Source of the DNA: Escherichia phage P896
DNA length: 64,000 nucleotides
Reading direction: 5' to 3' (one strand)
Sequence record: OL451225.1
Shown: positions 23,195 to 33,159 of the stretch, piece after piece
How the letters are laid out: each line of letters starts with the position of its first letter
How positions within the stretch are numbered: position 1 is the first letter of the stretch
The notes under the pieces: generated by a model
Seen by the model: only the letters and a program-made list of their open reading frames with translations
What the model was told of the DNA's origin: nothing
The model's database searches: none
Translations under genes and position numbers: made by a program

Positions 23195-23394
23195 TTCTTC
23201 ACCTTTTTGTTATTCAAACGTTTACGATAAACAATCTTTTCTTTCGCTTTAAATTTAGCTTTGGCTTGTTCTACATCAACCCAGGCCTTTGCCATTTCTT
23301 TAGCAGTCCCGCCTAATACCTTGGCGATTTCAATAAATGTCATACCAGATTCATGCAGAAAATGTACTTTAACCTTATCCATAATGATTCTCAT
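23191..23394 (-). CDS. hypothetical small protein with helix-turn-helix-like segment
   Basis: 67-aa ORF; MTFIEIAKVLGGTAKEMAKAW resembles an HTH; basic C-terminus. Confidence 0.55.
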   Translation of the reverse strand: MRIIMDKVKVHFLHESGMTFIEIAKVLGGTAKEMAKAWVDVEQAKAKFKAKEKIVYRKRLNNKKVKK

Positions 23395-23411
23395 GTTGAG
23401 TTGGTGAAGCT

Positions 23412-23441
23412 ATCTTAACATGGAATTTTTAACTTGTAAAC
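23412..23441 (-). promoter_or_regulatory. early promoter upstream of the 24.x-like genes
   Basis: Minus strand GTTTAC, 18 bp, TAAGAT. Confidence 0.45.
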
Positions 23442-23487
23442 AGGGTTTTTATGCCAGGCAACGTTTGTACAGTACCATAAAAACAAA

Positions 23488-23509
23488 GGGACCCGAAGGT
23501 CCCTTTTTA
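23488..23509. terminator. terminator downstream of hoc
   Basis: GGGACCcgaaGGTCCC hairpin flanked by A/T tracts. Confidence 0.6.
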
Positions 23510-23510
23510 A

Positions 23511-24644
23511 TTAATAAACGTAATCGTATATAATACCAGATTCTAAAGCGGTGCGATGAATAATTCGACCATTACGAGATTCTTGTACATCAACCTCTGG
23601 ATAGTCGGTAATCATTTTTTGAAGGGTATATCGGTGCAAATAATATGGGCTATCTGGAGCATCAGTTTTCCAGTCTTGCCCAGCAAGAGTCATTTTCTGA
23701 ATTTCGTCCATAACCCACCAACCACACCAGATATAAGCTGAATTACGAACCGGTAGCGGATGAACGTAAGGTAGTTCGCCCTCTGGTTCAGGTGCGACTT
23801 TAGCGGTGACTGTTACATTACCAGTTTTTGTTACCGTCACTGGGTTATAATCAGTCGCCGAAACCACAACAGAAACTTCAATAACCTGTGAACCTTCAGC
23901 ACTTGTATCAATTGCTAGAGTATCCGTGGTGCCAGCAACAGGTGAACCATCTTTCTTCCAAGAATAGGCAAAAGTAGCACCAGCAGGCGCGCCGACTACA
24001 TCCGCTTTAAAAGAGGCCGGGGTGTCTTCCGGAACATTAATTGATTCTGGGGTTAATGTCACAGAAACATCAGACATAGTTTTCTTAACAAAGATAACAG
24101 CAGCACCTTCAGTTGCTGTGCCATTATCATAATCTGCTGCTGAAACAGTAACTTCACAGTTCAATGTATAATTTGCTTCAGTCGATTCGGTGACGGTGAT
24201 TGTTTTACCAGTTTGTCCTGGGATTACGTCGGCATTTCGTTTCCATACATAAGAAGCAGACGCCCCGTCTGGTTGCCCGCTGATATTAGCTGTAACAACT
24301 TGAGATTGCCCTATTTCTTTAGTAACAGAGGCCGGGTCTAAAGTCAGCGTGATTGCCGGCATTGTTTTATTCTGGATAGTTAAAGTCGTCTCAGCTTCAG
24401 CAGTTTCCGGTTCACCGTCTGCTGGAGTGGTGGTTGCAACAACTTTAATAGTCTTACTGCCTGCCGGGCCAACTGCAACATAATCCATTGCAGCAGTCAC
24501 AGAAGATTGAGGAACACCATCAACGGTCCAGACAAATGATTCGGTACCTTCAGCTGCAGCACCGGAACCGGTTGCAGTGAAATTGGTTGTTGCTCCAATA
24601 ACGGCCGTAGCCGCCAAAGGAGCAATAGTTACGGTATAAGCCAT
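23511..24644 (-). CDS. hoc: Hoc, highly immunogenic outer capsid protein (Ig-like domains)
   Basis: 377 aa; repeated Ig-like segments and C-terminal ...ELPYVHPLPVRNSAYIWCGWWVMDEIQKMT recognised as T4 Hoc-like. Confidence 0.9.
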   Translation of the reverse strand: MAYTVTIAPLAATAVIGATTNFTATGSGAAAEGTESFVWTVDGVPQSSVTAAMDYVAVGPAGSKTIKVVATTTPADGEPETAEAETTLTIQNKTMPAITLTLDPASVTKEIGQSQVVTANISGQPDGASASYVWKRNADVIPGQTGKTITVTESTEANYTLNCEVTVSAADYDNGTATEGAAVIFVKKTMSDVSVTLTPESINVPEDTPASFKADVVGAPAGATFAYSWKKDGSPVAGTTDTLAIDTSAEGSQVIEVSVVVSATDYNPVTVTKTGNVTVTAKVAPEPEGELPYVHPLPVRNSAYIWCGWWVMDEIQKMTLAGQDWKTDAPDSPYYLHRYTLQKMITDYPEVDVQESRNGRIIHRTALESGIIYDYVY

Positions 24645-24653
24645 AATAAACCC

Positions 24654-25319
24654 TTATTTTAAAGTGACAAAAGATGAGTTACGAGTTTCTCGTACTAGAA
24701 CAGACCCATTACGATTGATGTAATAAATCAAACTGAATAGAGTTTGGTGCGCGGTGGGATGTGGGAAAGCAGTTGGACGTTCTTTCCAATCTGGAGTCTC
24801 GGCAATCCACTGATAAATCCACCATGGAACAGTACAGAATCCAGGGTTCTTACCAATAAGCATAAGATTTGGGCTAAAGTTTTTTGGCAGAGCAAATACA
24901 GGTTTTTCAGATTCGATAACCTTAGCAACAGCTGCTTCGAACTTTTCTTCGACAAAAGGAACATCTTCTTCAACCACAACAACTGGTTCTTCGATTTCAA
25001 CAACTTCAACCTTTGCTTCGGTTGGAGCATCAAATAAGAGCTTAGCTTCTTCTTTAGCTGACTCATCGCCATCAAATTTAGCACCTGACAATTCATCATC
25101 GGCATCGATAAGGTCAGTGATGCTCAAGCCTTCATTATCATCAGGCATAGGCATGTCAGCAAATGCTTTAAGTCCTGCTTCCAGGTCAGCCAACATATTA
25201 TCAAAGGTTTTTGTTTTCTTAACATCAACACCAAGTGATGCTGCATATTCGGCTAATTTTTCTTTGGCTTCTTTTTTCTCGAGGACACGAATTTCCTCAA
25301 TGTAGTTCTTGTCAATCAT
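24654..25319 (-). CDS. inh: Inh, inhibitor of prohead protease
   Basis: 221 aa; position between hoc and uvsW as in T4; GAGG RBS. Confidence 0.7.
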   Translation of the reverse strand: MIDKNYIEEIRVLEKKEAKEKLAEYAASLGVDVKKTKTFDNMLADLEAGLKAFADMPMPDDNEGLSITDLIDADDELSGAKFDGDESAKEEAKLLFDAPTEAKVEVVEIEEPVVVVEEDVPFVEEKFEAAVAKVIESEKPVFALPKNFSPNLMLIGKNPGFCTVPWWIYQWIAETPDWKERPTAFPHPTAHQTLFSLIYYINRNGSVLVRETRNSSFVTLK

Positions 25320-25337
25320 GATGAACCTCGGTTAGTG

Positions 25338-25345
25338 TATAAATA
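25338..25345 (+). promoter_or_regulatory. late promoter TATAAATA for uvsW
   Basis: Exact TATAAATA 29 nt upstream of the uvsW ATG. Confidence 0.6.
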
Positions 25346-25373
25346 TAGATATATTTATTACCTTGGAATCATC

Positions 25374-26873
25374 ATGGATATTAAAATCAACTTTCTAAAT
25401 TTTAGTCACGTGCATGTTGAATGTGAAGATGGAATCTTCTACGAACTCCGTGATTACTTCAGCTTCGAAGCTGAAAACTATCGCTTCAATCCAAAGTTCA
25501 AGCAGGGAGTTTGGGACGGACGAATCCGCCTCCTGGATTACAATCGTAAATTACCATACGGTTTGGTTAATCAAATTAAAAAGTTCGCTGACCAGTTTGG
25601 TTATTCATTCTGGATTGACCCGCAAATCACCGAGAAAGAAGAAATCTCTCGCGAAGAATTCGACAAATGGGTCGAGTCAAAAGAAATCTATTCAGGCAAT
25701 ACCAAGATAACGCCCCATTGGTATCAATCTGACGCCGTATATGATGGTCTGGTCAACAGAAGAAAGATTCTGAACTTACCTACGTCTGCAGGTAAAAGCC
25801 TCATCCAGGCGCTTCTGGCGCGATATTATCTCGAGAACTATGAAGGCAAGGTGCTTATCCTTGTTCCCACAACTGCCCTTGTCGACCAGATGATTAATGA
25901 CTTTGTTGATTATCGACTTTTCCCTCGTGCAGCTTGTCTGGGTATTCGTTCCGGGACTAAACGCGATTCTGATGCGATGATTTATGTATCGACTTATCAG
26001 ACGGCTGTAAAACAACCTAAAGAATGGTTTGAACAGTTTGGCCAGTTTATGAATGACGAATGTCATATGGCTACAGGTAAATCGATTTCGACGGTTATCG
26101 AAGGCCTTACGAATTGCATGTTTAAATTTGGTCTGTCAGGTTCACTCCGTGATGGCAAAGCCAACCTTATGCAATATATGGGTCTGTTTGGTGATATCTT
26201 TAAACCAGTATCAACATCCAAATTGATGGAAGATGGCCAGGTTACTGACCTTAAAATAAATAGTATTTTCCTTCGTTACCCTGATGAATTCACCGTTAAA
26301 ATGAAAGGTAAAACTTATCAGGATGAAATCAAGGTAATTACAAAAGCTACACGCCGAAATAAATGGGTAACAAACCTTGCACTCAAGCTTTCTAAAAAAG
26401 ATGAAAACGTCTTTTTGATGTTTAAGAATATCGAGCACGGTAAATCGATGTTTGAAATGATTAAAGAAGCTGGTCATGAGAAAGTGTATTATGTTTCCGG
26501 GGAAGTTGATACCGAAACCCGTAATGCTCTGAAGGTCATGGCCGAGAATGGAAAGGGAATTATTGTTGTAGCTTCATATGGTGTATTCTCAACGGGTATT
26601 TCCGTTAAAAACCTCCATCATATTATTTTCGCCCACCCGGTCAAGTCAAAGGTAATTGTACTCCAGACAATTGGCCGCGTGCTTCGAAAACATGAATCCA
26701 AATCGACCGCAAACGTGTGGGACATTGTGGATGATATGGGGGTCAAACCAAAATCAGCAAACGCTAAAAAGAAATATGTTCATATTAACTTTGCGCTTAA
26801 ACATGCACTAGAACGTATTCAGCGGTATGCAGACGAAAAATTCAATTATGTAATTAAACAGGTGGAAATATAA
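25374..26873 (+). CDS. uvsW: UvsW DNA/RNA helicase
   Basis: Start MDIKINFLNFSHVHVECEDGIFYELRDYFSFEAENYRFNP; Walker A LPTSAGKS; the track ORF from 25335 is a GTG-extended artefact. Confidence 0.9.
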   Translation: MDIKINFLNFSHVHVECEDGIFYELRDYFSFEAENYRFNPKFKQGVWDGRIRLLDYNRKLPYGLVNQIKKFADQFGYSFWIDPQITEKEEISREEFDKWVESKEIYSGNTKITPHWYQSDAVYDGLVNRRKILNLPTSAGKSLIQALLARYYLENYEGKVLILVPTTALVDQMINDFVDYRLFPRAACLGIRSGTKRDSDAMIYVSTYQTAVKQPKEWFEQFGQFMNDECHMATGKSISTVIEGLTNCMFKFGLSGSLRDGKANLMQYMGLFGDIFKPVSTSKLMEDGQVTDLKINSIFLRYPDEFTVKMKGKTYQDEIKVITKATRRNKWVTNLALKLSKKDENVFLMFKNIEHGKSMFEMIKEAGHEKVYYVSGEVDTETRNALKVMAENGKGIIVVASYGVFSTGISVKNLHHIIFAHPVKSKVIVLQTIGRVLRKHESKSTANVWDIVDDMGVKPKSANAKKKYVHINFALKHALERIQRYADEKFNYVIKQVEI

Positions 26874-27100
26874 TGAAATCCTTCGAAGAAATTATGTACG
26901 AAGCATCAATCGAAAGCTTTATGTCTAAGATTGGTACCTGTCAGACCATGGACGGTCTGAAGGAGCTGGAAGGCTATTATAAGAAACGCAGCAAAGAAGC
27001 CGAACTGAAAGATTCCGATGATATCAGTGTTCGCGATGCTCTTGCCGGTAAACGCGCCGAGCTTGAGGATATGGACGACGAAGAAGACGAAGATTTCTAA
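26873..27100 (+). CDS. uvsW.1: UvsW.1 small acidic protein
   Basis: 75 aa; ATGA-coupled to uvsW; acidic C-terminus. Confidence 0.8.
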   Translation: MKSFEEIMYEASIESFMSKIGTCQTMDGLKELEGYYKKRSKEAELKDSDDISVRDALAGKRAELEDMDDEEDEDF

Positions 27101-27158
27101 ATAAAAAGGCCCCAACCAAAAGGAAGGGGCAAAACCAAAAAATGGTTAACAACACTAG

Positions 27159-27326
27159 CTAAATTAAAAGTTGGGTCTCGTTCAGTTGCTCTTCTGTATT
27201 TTCCGTAACTGGCAAACTCTGAACATAATTATAACAGGCGCCCGGATGCACCGGACCTTGGTCTGTATCCACAACCAATGCAGAATCGATTGGAGTTTTA
27301 CAGACAACACAAATCTTATCTGACAT
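27159..27326 (-). CDS. small Cys-containing protein (uvsY.-2-like)
   Basis: 55-codon ORF read by hand: MSDKICVVCKTPIDSALVVDTDQGPVHPGACYNY...; GAGGAG RBS 6 nt upstream; absent from the track because <60 aa. Confidence 0.6.
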   Translation of the reverse strand: MSDKICVVCKTPIDSALVVDTDQGPVHPGACYNYVQSLPVTENTEEQLNETQLLI

Positions 27327-27354
27327 GATTGTCTCCTCAGTTAAACTTACATAT

Positions 27355-27471
27355 CTATTTAGTGCTCTTCATAATAGCAGCACGAGCTTTCATCTCATTA
27401 ACAATTTCGGTTATTCGGTTTGCAGAGATAACCATCTCGTCGAGAATCTTACTAATATTCTGTTTCATCAT
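27355..27471 (-). CDS. small protein (uvsY.-1-like)
   Basis: 38-codon ORF MMKQNISKILDEMVISANRITEIVNEMKARAAIMKSTK; its ATG overlaps the uvsY stop (ATGA). Confidence 0.45.
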   Translation of the reverse strand: MMKQNISKILDEMVISANRITEIVNEMKARAAIMKSTK

Positions 27472-27902
27472 TTACCTGCCTCGAATTGTCTTATTTCTAA
27501 CATATGTTTAAGTGCGAAACTTCGTGACTTAACACCATCTAATGCCGCGCTACAGAAATCCTGGAGCAGTGCCCAATACTGAATTGAAGTATCAATCTTC
27601 AGTACGCTTGAATCTGCGGCCATGACTGTTTTCAATTCTGACTTCTCGTATACATCCATGCATACTTCTTCCCCTGGGTCACCCCTTCCTGTATAATGGT
27701 CTAGTCGTTTTTTCAGTGCAGTTTTCTTCTGAATCTCAAGACGCATTATTTCTTTCTTGCAGTTGGTATACAATCTCAACCATTTGCTATGCAACAAAAC
27801 GTTGTTTTGTGTTTCATATTGAAGTTGTGTACCATCAATTTTTAAATCTGCATCTAACTCGTCCTGAAAGACTTCCAACTTATATTCAATCTCTGTTTTC
27901 AT
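27468..27902 (-). CDS. uvsY: UvsY recombination mediator
   Basis: Start at MKTEIEYKL...; segment ...QYETQNNVLLHSKWL...RGDPGEE...EAGK recognised as T4 UvsY-like. Confidence 0.9.
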   Translation of the reverse strand: MKTEIEYKLEVFQDELDADLKIDGTQLQYETQNNVLLHSKWLRLYTNCKKEIMRLEIQKKTALKKRLDHYTGRGDPGEEVCMDVYEKSELKTVMAADSSVLKIDTSIQYWALLQDFCSAALDGVKSRSFALKHMLEIRQFEAGK

Positions 27903-27930
27903 AATGTATCCAATGTAAGGGTCTAGAACC

Positions 27931-27957
27931 ATTATACAGCCATAAAATTAAAGCATT
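27931..27957 (-). promoter_or_regulatory. MotA-dependent middle promoter upstream of uvsY
   Basis: Minus strand ATGCTTTA (MotA box), 12 bp, TATAAT, then the conserved GGTTCTAGACCC block. Confidence 0.55.
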
Positions 27958-28345
27958 AACCGTTTTGACTTAGCTGAATCCTGATTTGTTCGAGGGTGTC
28001 AGGGTCATCAACAATGCTGAACTGAACCGTTACGATAATGGAGTTATCATCATACATAGGGACAACTGCAACCTGTAGATTGCTTATCCTTGGTTCAAAG
28101 TTCCGCACCGCGGAGACGATGTTGCGTTTAATGGTATCTGTGATTAATGGAGTGATATTCTCAAAAAGCTGATTACTTATATCACATCCAAATTCAGGCA
28201 TAAAAGGCCTTGACCCTTTTCTTGTGGTGATTATTCCCAGAAGGCTGTTCTTAACAGACCTTGCACCGGTTACTTTAGCAACGTCTTTATCCCAACTCAT
28301 TGACAAGTCGGGAGACACATCGCTATACATTTTGTTTATATTCAT
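27956..28345 (-). CDS. 25: baseplate wedge subunit gp25
   Basis: 129 aa; ...NSLLGIITTRKGSRPFMPEFGCDISNQLFEN... recognised as T4 gp25-like. Confidence 0.9.
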   Translation of the reverse strand: MNINKMYSDVSPDLSMSWDKDVAKVTGARSVKNSLLGIITTRKGSRPFMPEFGCDISNQLFENITPLITDTIKRNIVSAVRNFEPRISNLQVAVVPMYDDNSIIVTVQFSIVDDPDTLEQIRIQLSQNG

Positions 28346-28969
28346 TTACATAAACTTAAAGAATTCTTTAAGCCCCTTAATTACATGGACAGAATGCGCT
28401 CCACACTCGCAAGAGATAGGAATAGCCATTTGGACCTGTGGCTTGAGAAGTTCTTCCGTTAGTGCATTTATATCATCGAGGGTAATTGCATTGTACAGGT
28501 CCTCGATTTCGGCTTCATTTAAGTCATCAACAACGATGCGCTCACCGCCTTCCGTGATAATATATTCGATACAACAAGCAATCATTTTTCCTTTATCACC
28601 GTCTTCAAACAGTCCAGGATAACGGAATTTAATTTTAAACGCCCCGAAATCACGAATAACTTCAGACTCATCCACGATGCTTGCGCGACTTATAGTCACA
28701 GGAATATCTTGTTCCTTTCCGCACTCACATACCCATGTATGTTCGACGTTAACAGCTCCGAGACTATTTGCCCAGAGATTAATAAGAAGCAGCTCGGCTT
28801 CCTGTTTGTTTAACCCTTTAGCATCAGTGCATTTATTAAGCAGTTCAATTATTGCAGGTTCCATACGCTTTTCTAATTTTGCCTGAAGCAAATCTTTGTA
28901 TTCGCGCAAGGTAAAAGCCCTACAATTTATAGTTTTATTTTTAATTTGGACAATAAATTCATAAGTCAT
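28346..28969 (-). CDS. 26: baseplate hub subunit gp26
   Basis: Start at MTYEF with AGGAG RBS downstream of the minus-strand late promoter; 207 aa. Confidence 0.8.
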   Translation of the reverse strand: MTYEFIVQIKNKTINCRAFTLREYKDLLQAKLEKRMEPAIIELLNKCTDAKGLNKQEAELLLINLWANSLGAVNVEHTWVCECGKEQDIPVTISRASIVDESEVIRDFGAFKIKFRYPGLFEDGDKGKMIACCIEYIITEGGERIVVDDLNEAEIEDLYNAITLDDINALTEELLKPQVQMAIPISCECGAHSVHVIKGLKEFFKFM

Positions 28970-28986
28970 AATTTGCTCCTTTACTG

Positions 28987-28998
28987 TATTTATAAATA
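28987..28998. promoter_or_regulatory. divergent overlapping late promoters for gp26 (minus) and gp51 (plus)
   Basis: Palindromic TATTTATAAATA gives TATAAATA on both strands (minus 28987-28994, plus 28991-28998). Confidence 0.55.
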
Positions 28999-29022
28999 TC
29001 AATAAAGATAAAAGGGGATTCT

Positions 29023-29775
29023 ATGGCCAATATCGTAAGATGTGAAATGCCAGACGGAGTTCATCGTTTCAAACCGTTTACAGTCGCTGATTACCGTGAT
29101 TTACTGCTTGTGCGAAACGACATGAACAACAAACCCGTCGAAGAACAAAAACAATTATTAGACGAACTGTTGGAAGATTATTTTGGAGAGTATCCGAAAG
29201 CATGGAGACCTTACATATTCCTGAAGGTATTCACTTCCTCTATCGGTAAGACAAAAGTCCCGGTAGCGTTCGAATGTCAAAAATGTAAAAAGACAAAGCA
29301 GACTTTGTTTAATATGAGTCAAGGGCCATTGATAAATCCAACAATGGAAACCGCCGGGATAAAAATACAATTTAAGTTCCCCGAAGTGGAATATAAAGAT
29401 AAGTCGGAGCTTGTTCTAAACACCATCCAGACTGTCGAAGACTCAGAACAAAAGTACAATTGGGAAGACCTTCCTGAAGAAACGAAGATGCAGGTTATCG
29501 ATGCTATTGATATAGAGAGCCTCGAAGAGCTCCTTAAGAAAATGCATTCAGTTTATATCCCATTTACATATGGTTGCTGCGAAAAACACAAAACCGAATA
29601 TACAGACTTGATTGATGTCTTTAAGCTTATCCTTAACCCGGATGAAGTCTTTGTATTTTATCAAATTAACCACTTGCTGGTAAAGAACCAATATACGCTC
29701 GATAGCATCATGCATATGATTCCCATCGAACGAGGTATTGCTTTATCGTTAGTTGAGAAGGACTTGAAGAAATGA
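29023..29775 (+). CDS. 51: baseplate hub assembly catalyst gp51
   Basis: 250 aa; T4 synteny 26-51-27. Confidence 0.8.
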   Translation: MANIVRCEMPDGVHRFKPFTVADYRDLLLVRNDMNNKPVEEQKQLLDELLEDYFGEYPKAWRPYIFLKVFTSSIGKTKVPVAFECQKCKKTKQTLFNMSQGPLINPTMETAGIKIQFKFPEVEYKDKSELVLNTIQTVEDSEQKYNWEDLPEETKMQVIDAIDIESLEELLKKMHSVYIPFTYGCCEKHKTEYTDLIDVFKLILNPDEVFVFYQINHLLVKNQYTLDSIMHMIPIERGIALSLVEKDLKK

Positions 29776-30941
29776 CAGCTAAATCTATGCAGCGTGAAGG
29801 CTTTCCTAATATCAGCATACGCCTTTACGAAGATTATGATGCCTGGCTAGAACACCGTTTTGTAGAACTGGCTGCAACATTTACAACCATGACCATGCGC
29901 GATTCTCTTTACGGAAGAAACGAAGGCCTGTTGCAATTCTACGACACAAAGAACTTGCATACAAAAATGAACGGTGAACAAATTATACAAGTCTCCGTTA
30001 AGAATGCTAACTCAGACCGAACCCAATCCAGGATATACGGAAGTAAGCACTTTGCTGTTTCCGTGGATTCAAAGGGTGATAACATAATTACAATTCAGCT
30101 GGCACCGATTCATGAAATTGAAGACCTGAAATTTAGTCGTATGTTTTATCCGAGTGTGCAAGAAACATTAGTAGAAATGACTGGGGTAATTTATCAGGAC
30201 AGACCTTTGCTTGCTCCTCCGATAAACGGTATAAACGTTTATGCTCCTAATGTTCCGTGGTGTGATTCGATGAGCCAGTATATGGAATTCATCAGGGAAG
30301 TTGGTCTTGCGGTTGAATCTGATAAATTTGTATTTGTATGGCAGGATATCGACGGTATAAGTATCCAGGATTATGAATGGTTAACTAAACAAGAACCAAT
30401 TAATTTCGTGGTAGGAGAACCTCGATTGGTTGGTCAGTTTGTACAAAACCTCGATACTCCATTGGCCTTCGATTTCGAATGGTTAACAAAGGCAAACCAA
30501 CACACAAGAAAACCATACGAAAACGCAACCGTGTATGCGCATTCATTCCTTGATAAGAACGCAACCAGAATAACTTTTGGGGAAGGACAAAACAGCATTC
30601 TGGTATCTCGTTCTGGTGGCTATTCGGATTATACATATCGAAATGGTTTCGAGGAAGCACAGCGATTAATAACCATGTCACAATATGACGGTTACGCGCA
30701 TTGCAAAACATACGGGAACTTTGAATTAACTCCGGGCGATAAGATAAATTTCTATGACCCGAAGAACCAATTCAAATATGATTTTTACGTAGACGAAGTT
30801 ATTCATGAAGTGAGTAACAATACATCAATTACAAACCTCTATATGTTTACCAATGGTAAGCCTATCGAAGTTGAAGAACCACCGAAGGTTAAAAATGAAC
30901 TTAAAACTGATTCTGCCGACGAAGAAAATACAGCTGGGTGA
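29772..30941 (+). CDS. 27: baseplate hub subunit gp27
   Basis: 389 aa; ATGA overlap with gene 51; T4 synteny. Confidence 0.9.
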   Translation: MTAKSMQREGFPNISIRLYEDYDAWLEHRFVELAATFTTMTMRDSLYGRNEGLLQFYDTKNLHTKMNGEQIIQVSVKNANSDRTQSRIYGSKHFAVSVDSKGDNIITIQLAPIHEIEDLKFSRMFYPSVQETLVEMTGVIYQDRPLLAPPINGINVYAPNVPWCDSMSQYMEFIREVGLAVESDKFVFVWQDIDGISIQDYEWLTKQEPINFVVGEPRLVGQFVQNLDTPLAFDFEWLTKANQHTRKPYENATVYAHSFLDKNATRITFGEGQNSILVSRSGGYSDYTYRNGFEEAQRLITMSQYDGYAHCKTYGNFELTPGDKINFYDPKNQFKYDFYVDEVIHEVSNNTSITNLYMFTNGKPIEVEEPPKVKNELKTDSADEENTAG

Positions 30942-31413
30942 TAAAGAGATTCATGTACCTAAGCTTGGACTTAAGCATCACAATCTGATTAAAAACGAAC
31001 CTAATCCTTATGCTGCATTAAGAAAGATTATGCAATCGATATTCCCTAATCTTACAGCAGCCGAATCCGACTTTGTATCTTTACATCTTCTGGAATTCAA
31101 TGGTAAACTAAAAGACAAACGCGAGATTAATGGATTTACATATAAGCTGGATGATGTTTATATCTGTCAGCGCCTTGAATTCTCTTATCAAGGAAAGACA
31201 TTTAAATTCCGCTCTAATAAACCGTATGAAGAATTCGGACCAGTTGACAATCTCCTGGAGACCCTTTATCTCGGGGAAGATGTTCCAGACTTTCTGGATA
31301 TGCCTGCTTTTGTTGCTAAGTGGGCAGACGATATCACAAGCACATTAGCAATCCCGGGCCCGAATGGTCCTGTTAAGGGGTTACTGAAAATAATGGAACT
31401 CCTAAATGAATAA
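30895..31413 (+). CDS. 28: baseplate hub distal subunit gp28
   Basis: Start at [11 protein letters not shown] with AAGG RBS (track ORF extends further upstream in frame); 172 aa. Confidence 0.8.
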   Translation: MNLKLILPTKKIQLGDKEIHVPKLGLKHHNLIKNEPNPYAALRKIMQSIFPNLTAAESDFVSLHLLEFNGKLKDKREINGFTYKLDDVYICQRLEFSYQGKTFKFRSNKPYEEFGPVDNLLETLYLGEDVPDFLDMPAFVAKWADDITSTLAIPGPNGPVKGLLKIMELLNE

Positions 31414-33151
31414 GAACTCCGAACAAACGAGCTTCAGACGCGGTGGACCTAATAAAAAGCTTATCGAAGAATTAGCACCACAAAGGAGGGCGGAAGCCCT
31501 CTCTGCTGAACAGAATGATGAATTATCGAATCTGAATACAACTCTTACAAATACTCAGGCTGCAACCGAACTTGTATCGGAAGCTATTGAGGATAAGGGT
31601 AATCAGATTATCGAGAATATCCAAACCAATAATGGAGTCCTCCAGGATATCAGTGCTGGGGTTGAACTGACGGCTGAAGCCACCGAGAAGACTCAACAAG
31701 GGATTAAAAACCTCACGGACATTCTCTCGGATAAGCTCGACAAACTCAGTGCAATGATAAGCGGTAAAATAGGCGTCACGTCTCCTGTGGCTGGTTCTGA
31801 AAGCCTTAAACCTGTGGAGGATGCACTACCAGAGCCTGAAGAGAATAAGCCCACAGCGAGCGTTCCAGCGCTCATACCGCCTGAAGAACAAAAGCCTGAC
31901 GCTGACTTCATTCCGGAGCCAGAACAGCCAAAAACCGATGCAGAAGGTAAAGAGACTAATACCTGGTCACTTGGTGATAAGCTTGACACCCTTTCGAAGA
32001 TAACCGAAAAAGGATTTAAGGCATCGGTTTCTGTTGCTGACCGAATCTCCGGGATGTTGTTCAAATATACAATTACGGCAGCAGCCGAAGCAGCCAAGCT
32101 TATTGGTGGATTATTGTTGTTGGTATTCGGTATCGATGCGATACGAGTTTACTTCCAATATTTCATGAAGCAATTCGAAAAAGGATGGGCCGAATTTAAT
32201 GATAAGTTCAAAGAATGGGGACCGTTGCTCGAAGGACTAATGACTTGGGCTAAGAACGCCCAGGCGATGTTTAGTGAAAAGAATTGGTTGGGATTAGCTG
32301 AAGCTATTATCCGTGGGATGGTCAACTTAACGAAGAACATGGCTCAACTTCTTATGCTTGGTATTTCGAAACTGATTTCAGCTATCTTAAGCAAAATCCC
32401 TGGGATGGGCGATTTAGCAGATAATGTGGAAGCCTCAGCTTTGATGTCTTATCAGCAAAATACAGGGGCAACTCTGGATGATGAAGACCAAACCAAGATA
32501 GCAAAATATCATGACAAACGTTCGGCTGAAGCAATGGAAGCTGCAGAGAAGATGAATAAGAAGTATAAGGATAAACCTGAACTAATTAATCAAGCCGAAA
32601 AATATGGTAACCTTACCAAGGAACAAGCTGACCAGCTTCGCGCGGGTGGTATTGACACAAGCTTCAGAGACCTTCCGGAAGAAGAACGTCTGGACTATTT
32701 CAAGAAGCGTGACAAAGCACAGGCTGATATTATTCGTTTGACCCAAACTGCGGATAACTTAATGAAGCCAGACGCAACCGATAAAAAGAATGCGATGGAA
32801 ATGAGAGCTAACATTGAAAAACAATTAGCTGACCCAGCTATGGCAAAAGGTGGAGCTCCGAAAGACCTGAATATGCGCGCCCTGTTGGAAAAACTTGATA
32901 AGTCTCTTGAGAAGTTCAAAGACGAACCGAAAGTTAAACCGCCGGATGTTAAGACTTCTCCGGATGCACAACAAGCTGCGAAGGTAGACGAAGGCATGAA
33001 GGCCAAAGAAAATAAATACAAGGATGCACCGGCTCAGGCACAAATTAACACGGTCAATAATATTCAGAAGACTTCCAGGACGCAATACAATATGCCTCCT
33101 CAAAGTTCAACCCCTGCCCCTGGCATGAGACAGGCCACGAGAATTAACTAA
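31406..33151 (+). CDS. 29: baseplate hub subunit / tail length determinator gp29
   Basis: 581 aa, helical, with a hydrophobic segment; T4 synteny. Confidence 0.85.
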   Translation: MNKNSEQTSFRRGGPNKKLIEELAPQRRAEALSAEQNDELSNLNTTLTNTQAATELVSEAIEDKGNQIIENIQTNNGVLQDISAGVELTAEATEKTQQGIKNLTDILSDKLDKLSAMISGKIGVTSPVAGSESLKPVEDALPEPEENKPTASVPALIPPEEQKPDADFIPEPEQPKTDAEGKETNTWSLGDKLDTLSKITEKGFKASVSVADRISGMLFKYTITAAAEAAKLIGGLLLLVFGIDAIRVYFQYFMKQFEKGWAEFNDKFKEWGPLLEGLMTWAKNAQAMFSEKNWLGLAEAIIRGMVNLTKNMAQLLMLGISKLISAILSKIPGMGDLADNVEASALMSYQQNTGATLDDEDQTKIAKYHDKRSAEAMEAAEKMNKKYKDKPELINQAEKYGNLTKEQADQLRAGGIDTSFRDLPEEERLDYFKKRDKAQADIIRLTQTADNLMKPDATDKKNAMEMRANIEKQLADPAMAKGGAPKDLNMRALLEKLDKSLEKFKDEPKVKPPDVKTSPDAQQAAKVDEGMKAKENKYKDAPAQAQINTVNNIQKTSRTQYNMPPQSSTPAPGMRQATRIN

Positions 33152-33159
33152 GGAATAAC

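Noticed and set aside
25335-25373. Upstream extension of uvsW in the ORF track (MYKYRYIYYLGII...)
   Set aside because: Begins at GTG inside the late promoter region; the true start is the ATG at 25374 (MDIKINF...).
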